64,000 nucleotides of DNA, taken from the NCBI RefSeq assembly GCF_020745735.1, contig NW_026867529.1, forward strand, positions 1-64,000. Direction: 5' to 3'. The translations under genes were made by a program, and so were the position numbers. Under the pieces are notes generated by a model. The model did no database searches. It was given only the letters and a program-made list of their open reading frames with translations, and was not told where the DNA came from. Position 1 is the stretch's first letter. The number at the start of each line of letters is the position of its first letter. Shown one piece after another: positions 60,597 to 64,000 of this stretch. Source of the stretch: Hemiscyllium ocellatum. Taxonomy: Eukaryota.

Positions 60597-63500
60597 AATT
60601 AAACTGCTTTCACTTTGTTTATTTCTTTCTGGCTTTCCACAGAGCTATAGTGCCTTTTTGTTTAAACAAGCAAAATTGGCTTCCCCTGCCCCACCAACCA
60701 CTTGTGGGCAGGGGCTACAGGGGGCCCAAATAAAAATATACTCAAGCAAATTAAACAAACACATGAACAGCTCTTATGAGGAGTCATTTGGTCTTGGAAT
60801 ACTAGCTACCCTCTCTCGTGGATGTTCTCTGACCTGCTGTGATCTCCAGCTTTTGTTCTTTTCAACCAAATAAAAAACTAAACAAATTAAACGTTCTGCT
60901 CTGTCGTAAATTGAAAACTCCTGGGAAATGAAGAATAACGGTTTAAATTTCAGAGAAAGTACACCTGCACATTTCAACTAAAAATAAGATATCACTCACA
61001 CTGATCCCCACTAAGTGCATCTGGGCAGCAATGGTTCAGAACCACAACTAAAGCCCCCTTGGATCAAACATGGGCAGCTTGTCGGAAGTGAAGTTGTGCA
61101 GCGAGGTAGATTCAGATGTGTTGCGGTGATGACATACCTGCTCGACACCGGTTCAGAGGGCGAATGGGTAGGTGTTGAAGCGTTTGTCATTTTGATGAAT
61201 TATACGTCATTGTGGAGCAGGTGAAGGATGGTGACAAACATCATGGTGCAACGGAAAGCAACGAAGAACGCTCCAGAAATGCTTCCAATTGATGATGTTA
61301 AAGGCCTTTTTAAAGATCCCAGAAGGCCATATACTGCAGTGAAAATCATATTCAATGGATCACTCTCTGCCGCCGAAAACCGCATTGGGATCCTGGGGGG
61401 CTCAGCCGAGGGGAGGGGAGGTGAGGGGAGGGCGATGCGATACGTGACGTGACGTGACGCGATGTGCAGAGACGCGAGGCGAGGCGATGCGATGGCATAG
61501 TCAAAATATAACTGAATCCAGGTTATATCTGGCCAGTCAATTCTTGTCGGTGGAGTTGTGGATAGTGAGGAAGGAAGTGGTAGGTTACAGCGGGATATAG
61601 ATAAGTTGCAGAGCTGGGCGGAAATGTGGCAAATGGAATTCAATGTAGCTAAGTGCGAAGTCGTTCACTTTGGTAGGAATAACAAGATGATGGATTACTG
61701 GGCTAATGGTAGGCTACTTGGTAGTGTGGATGAGCAGAGGGATCTTGGTGTCCATGTACACAGATCTCTGAAAGTTGCCACCCAGGTAAATAGTGCTGTG
61801 AGGAAGGCATATGGTGTACTGGGCTTTATTGGCAGAGGAATTGAGTTCCGGAGTCCTGAGGTCATGTTGCAGTTGTATAAGACTCTGGTGAGGCCTCATC
61901 TGGAGTATTGTGTGCAGTTTTTGGTCGCCATACTATAGGAAGGATGTGGAAGCTTTAGAACGAGTGCAGAGGAGGTTTACCAGGATGTTGCCTGGAATGG
62001 TAGGAAAATCTTATGAGGAAAGGCTGAGGCACTTGGGGCTGTTCTCATTGGAGAAGAGAAGGTTTAGGGGAGATCTGATAGAAGTGTATAAGATGATTAG
62101 GGGTTTAGATAGGGTAGATACTAAGAACCTTTTACCGCTAATGGAGTCAGGTGTTACTAGGGGACATAGCTTTAAATTAAGGGGTGGTAGGTATAGGACA
62201 GATGTTAGGGGTAGATTCTTCACACAGCGGGTTGTGAGTTCATGGAATGCCCTGCCCGTATCAGTGGTGAACTCTCCTTCTTTGTGGTCATTTAAGCGGG
62301 CATTAGATAGGCATTTGGAAGTTATTGGGCTAGTATAGGTTAGGTAGGATTCGGTCGGCGCAACATCGAGGGCCGAAGGGCCTGTACTGCGCTGTATCCT
62401 TCTATGTTCTATGTTCTATGTCCCTATTGGCACTCAGGAGACTGCCCCACCAACATGGCTATCACAGCATCCAATCCTGGCCACCAACATAAATTCTTAT
62501 CAACATCCTAATTTTGGAAATCACAGGACGACCCTGCTGGAGCTGAAGAAGGGCTTATGCCTGAAACGTCGATTCTCCTGCTCCTTTGATGCTGTCTGAC
62601 CTGCTGCGCTTTTCCAGCAACACATTTTTCAGCCTTGCTCCCCATATTAGTATGCAGTTTTCAGTGGCCATCTGATCTCACCAGATCCACAAACGATTCA
62701 ATCCTGCTTATGATGATCTTTTCGTTTCTAACACTGCAGTTGTTTCTTTTTTCTCACCAGTACGGGACCTTGTTCTAATCGGAGATTGTCAGAGATGACT
62801 GGAAGGGTGTGCAGAAAGTTTAAAACCAGAACAGACTTTTCCAGTGTATCCATCATTGGGAGTTGGCTTCAGGCATTAACCACTTGACCGCCTGCTTGGT
62901 GTTCCAACTTGTAATTGTATGCAGTTAATAACAGCTAACGGCTGAATTTGACCAGAACCTAGAAGTGGGATGGCCTGTCCTCTTCAGCTCATCTTAACAA
63001 GTGTTTGGGTCCATTACTCTTTCAAATGTATGCATAGAAAGGTATTGACTGAACTTTCTCACACAAAGATTCCTGCCAAACTTTGTTTCTCTATGCGATG
63101 CATCTTCATTTGGCATCAGCTGAAGTCTGGGAAACGTACACTAATCGGACAGTCCTCCCTGTTGAGCCATCGGTGAGCCAGACACTGGTACAGTATCGGA
63201 ACGCTGCACATGTCAGCGACACATCTCACTGGGGATTATTCTTTGCCAAGACTTTAAACAATGAAATCCGTGTTTTCACTTGCCAAAAGGCTACTTCTTG
63301 GCAACGTCACTATTTGTAAGGCTATCCCTTTCTGAATAGCATACCTAAGCTGCCAAAATGGAGGCTCGGTCATTTTCCGTAACAATTCACTAACCCAAGG
63401 AAAGATCAAAGCTCAGATGCTGACATGGGAACAGAGGAACCACAGGGAGGAGACAGTTGAGAAGGATTTTGGCAATGATTGACGTAAGGGATATTCCCCA

Positions 63501-64000
63501 GTAGTTACCACAGTCAGACATGTTCCATTTCTTTGAAAATATTCATGGTTGTGGCATCTGGGAGCTCCCCTAGGATATTCTACTCTGTCCAGACAGTCTT
63601 GTCAATTTCGTCCAAGGCTTGGGTATTGCTTATAAGTTTTGGTCTGCAGACTGCTATGTGGACAGTAGATGACAATGACCTAGTTTTCACAGAGTCAGCT
63701 GCTTGAATGAGCAGTCAGGACTCCCTGATTGGACCAGATTCATAGCCCCAACTTGGGAAATTCTGTTCAATGATGTTCAGCTGGCTGACCTCGCTCCAAT
63801 AATTACTTTCCTCCACCTCGAAGTCCTAAGATTTATGCCTATTCTTCTTCCTGTGGCATCTCCTGGGATGTTTTCCCAACAGGTCGGGTTCCTCAAACTC
63901 TGGCTTGGATAGTGCTGGCGCATACCAGACTGTGACTGCCTCTTGCCCCTGGAGCATCTGACCAGACATTCATCATCGTCTGCCAGCAATGTTGTGACAG
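60597..64000 (+). repeat. Near-identical direct duplicate of 11520-14925, including the CR1 at 61546-62420
   Basis: Colinear base by base at an offset of about 49,076 bp; differences are mostly single-base indels. Confidence 0.97.

Overview
Cartilaginous-fish (shark-type) genomic DNA, mostly retrotransposon debris, containing the constant half of one IgM heavy-chain cluster on the minus strand: CH1 (52419-52725), CH2 (49012-49323), CH3 (46733-47041), CH4 plus secretory tail (45885-46277), TM1 (40509-40633) and TM2 (40361-40369), all with GT-AG boundaries in the expected phases. CH1 has two 1-nt deletions and CH4 one 1-nt insertion, all in G/C runs, so the locus is either a pseudogene or carries sequencing indels. 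I found no V, D or J segment or RSS. The J-C intron runs about 7.9 kb into a 13-N gap, after which 60597-64000 repeats 11520-14925 almost exactly. The first 15 kb is an old, degenerate higher-order tandem array of fused Gypsy, CR1, Penelope-terminus and RTE fragments. Other elements are young CR1 LINEs, tRNA-derived SINEs, a hAT/Buster and a Tigger/pogo remnant, and a rearranged Penelope-like element. The least obvious signal is a set of minimal hammerhead-ribozyme motifs from at least three sequence families of Penelope termini; three sit in short hairpin insertions flanked by 12-15 bp target-site duplications, two of them in the IgM J-C intron. Family assignments are from motif recognition, not database searches; TE boundaries are approximate and identities are judged by eye.
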